NCBI RefSeq assembly: GCF_006345805.1
Contig: NC_043005.1
Location: 27,156,001-27,220,000 of the forward strand
DNA: 64,000 nucleotides
Reading direction: 5' to 3'
Origin: Octopus sinensis
Lineage: Eukaryota
Below the pieces are notes generated by a model. That model worked only from the letters and a program-made list of their open reading frames with translations. It was not told the origin of the DNA and searched no databases. The position numbers and the translations under genes are program-made. Positions 63,171 through 64,000 of the stretch are shown here, piece by piece (the stretch's first letter is position 1; every line of letters starts with the position of its first letter).

Positions 63171-63346
63171 CAACAACAACATCGAAAAATACCTTAGAAA
63201 TGAGAACCCAGGTTTGAAATTTCTCCAAGACACCTGATAAAGGCTGGAGGGTATATCAACCGAAACGTGTTAACAACAAACAAGATGAGGACAAATATTT
63301 GTCAATTGTAAATAAGGTACATCATTCCTCATCTCTTAAATATAGA
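62756..63346 (+). mobile_element. tRNA-headed, hammerhead-containing non-autonomous element with 5' inverted duplication (Penelope/retrozyme-like)
   Basis: 9-bp direct repeat ACAGACAAA at both ends. Inverted arms 62756-62912 / 63178-63320. A box 62929-62939, B box 62973-62983, (TAA)n spacers. Confidence 0.7.
62815..62860 (-). ncRNA. Predicted minimal type-I hammerhead ribozyme (CUGAUGA core)
   Basis: GACAC-CUGAUGA-A-GGCUG(gagggtatat)CAGCC-GAA-ACGU-U-GUGUU: stem I GACAC/GUGUU, stem II 5 bp, palindromic stem III ACGU. Confidence 0.7.
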
Positions 63347-63640
63347 ACAGACAAACATGCATACATACATATTAGGGTTGTTTCGAAAGTTATGCCAAAA
63401 TAGATCTTTCAAACTACACACTTTGGTCGGGTGACTCTTATTCTGCAGTAATTCATATTTCTGATCTTTACAGGAAATAATAGGTTCCAAACAGGTGTTT
63501 CCCAACCACATGGTCTCCGGCTCAGTCCCACTGCGTGGTGCATTGGCCAAGTGTTTTCTACTATAGCTTCGGGATGACCAAAGCCTTGTGAGTGGATTTG
63601 GTACATGGAAACTGAAAGAAGCCCGTCATATATATATATA

Positions 63641-63922
63641 TATAAATATATGAAAGAATGGAGCTGAACGATGAATTAACAAAATTCCTTTATTTTCGAC
63701 ATATGTTTCAAATTATCGCTATGGGCTCCGTGTGAGCAATCATCTAAAAGTTTTTTGTTCATTTTGATGTTGACATAAGTTCCTTGCTTTTCCTGATGAG
63801 AAAGCGACATAATGTACTCCTTATTCCTTCGTAATTAGGAATATGCAGCCTTCGAAACATATGTCGAAAATAAAGGAATTTTGTTAATTCTTCGTTCAGC
63901 TCCATCCATTCATATATTTATA
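63641..63922. mobile_element. MITE-like inverted repeat, ~68-bp arms
   Basis: 63641-63709 vs 63854-63922 (GGAGCTGAACG..GAATTAACAAAATTCCTTTATTTTCGACATATGTTTC and its reverse complement). Confidence 0.8.
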
Positions 63923-64000
63923 TTTTTAAAATAAACATACAAATTTCCACACGAAAGCACGTAATCTGTGCCCTGGGCACGAAACTTCAACCGTGTATTT

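Noticed and set aside
63229-63272. Third intact hammerhead
   Set aside because: The core is mutated (CUGAUAA), stem II has a mismatch (CAACC) and 2 nt are lost at the cleavage site. Scored as a decayed copy.

Overview
Eukaryotic, AT-rich, microsatellite- and TE-dense genomic DNA. An octopus-type cephalopod source is inferred from the SINE/RTE repeat complement and is not proven. One host gene can be reconstructed by hand on the + strand: mitochondrial tyrosyl-tRNA synthetase (YARS2), 13 coding exons from ~7738 to 44049, ~461 aa, with HVGN (HIGH) and KLGKS (KMSKS) motifs. Its exon7/exon8 junction cannot be joined in frame with canonical GT-AG at the obvious sites. The rest is repeats: tRNA-derived SINEs, RTE LINE 3' ends with an internal ~57-60 bp VNTR, CR1/L2-like RT fragments, Tc1/mariner elements (DD34E, DD37D, mariner), hAT, piggyBac, Tigger and Merlin-like MITEs, a Helitron, a U6 pseudogene, several long fold-back inverted repeats and minisatellites. 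The most unusual signal is a small non-autonomous element family in 3 insertions. Two of them hold an intact minimal type-I hammerhead ribozyme core, and the largest also has a tRNA-like Pol III head and an inverted duplicate of its 3' part, an architecture reminiscent of Penelope-like elements and retrozymes. Nearly all ORFs in the supplied track are artefacts of repeats.
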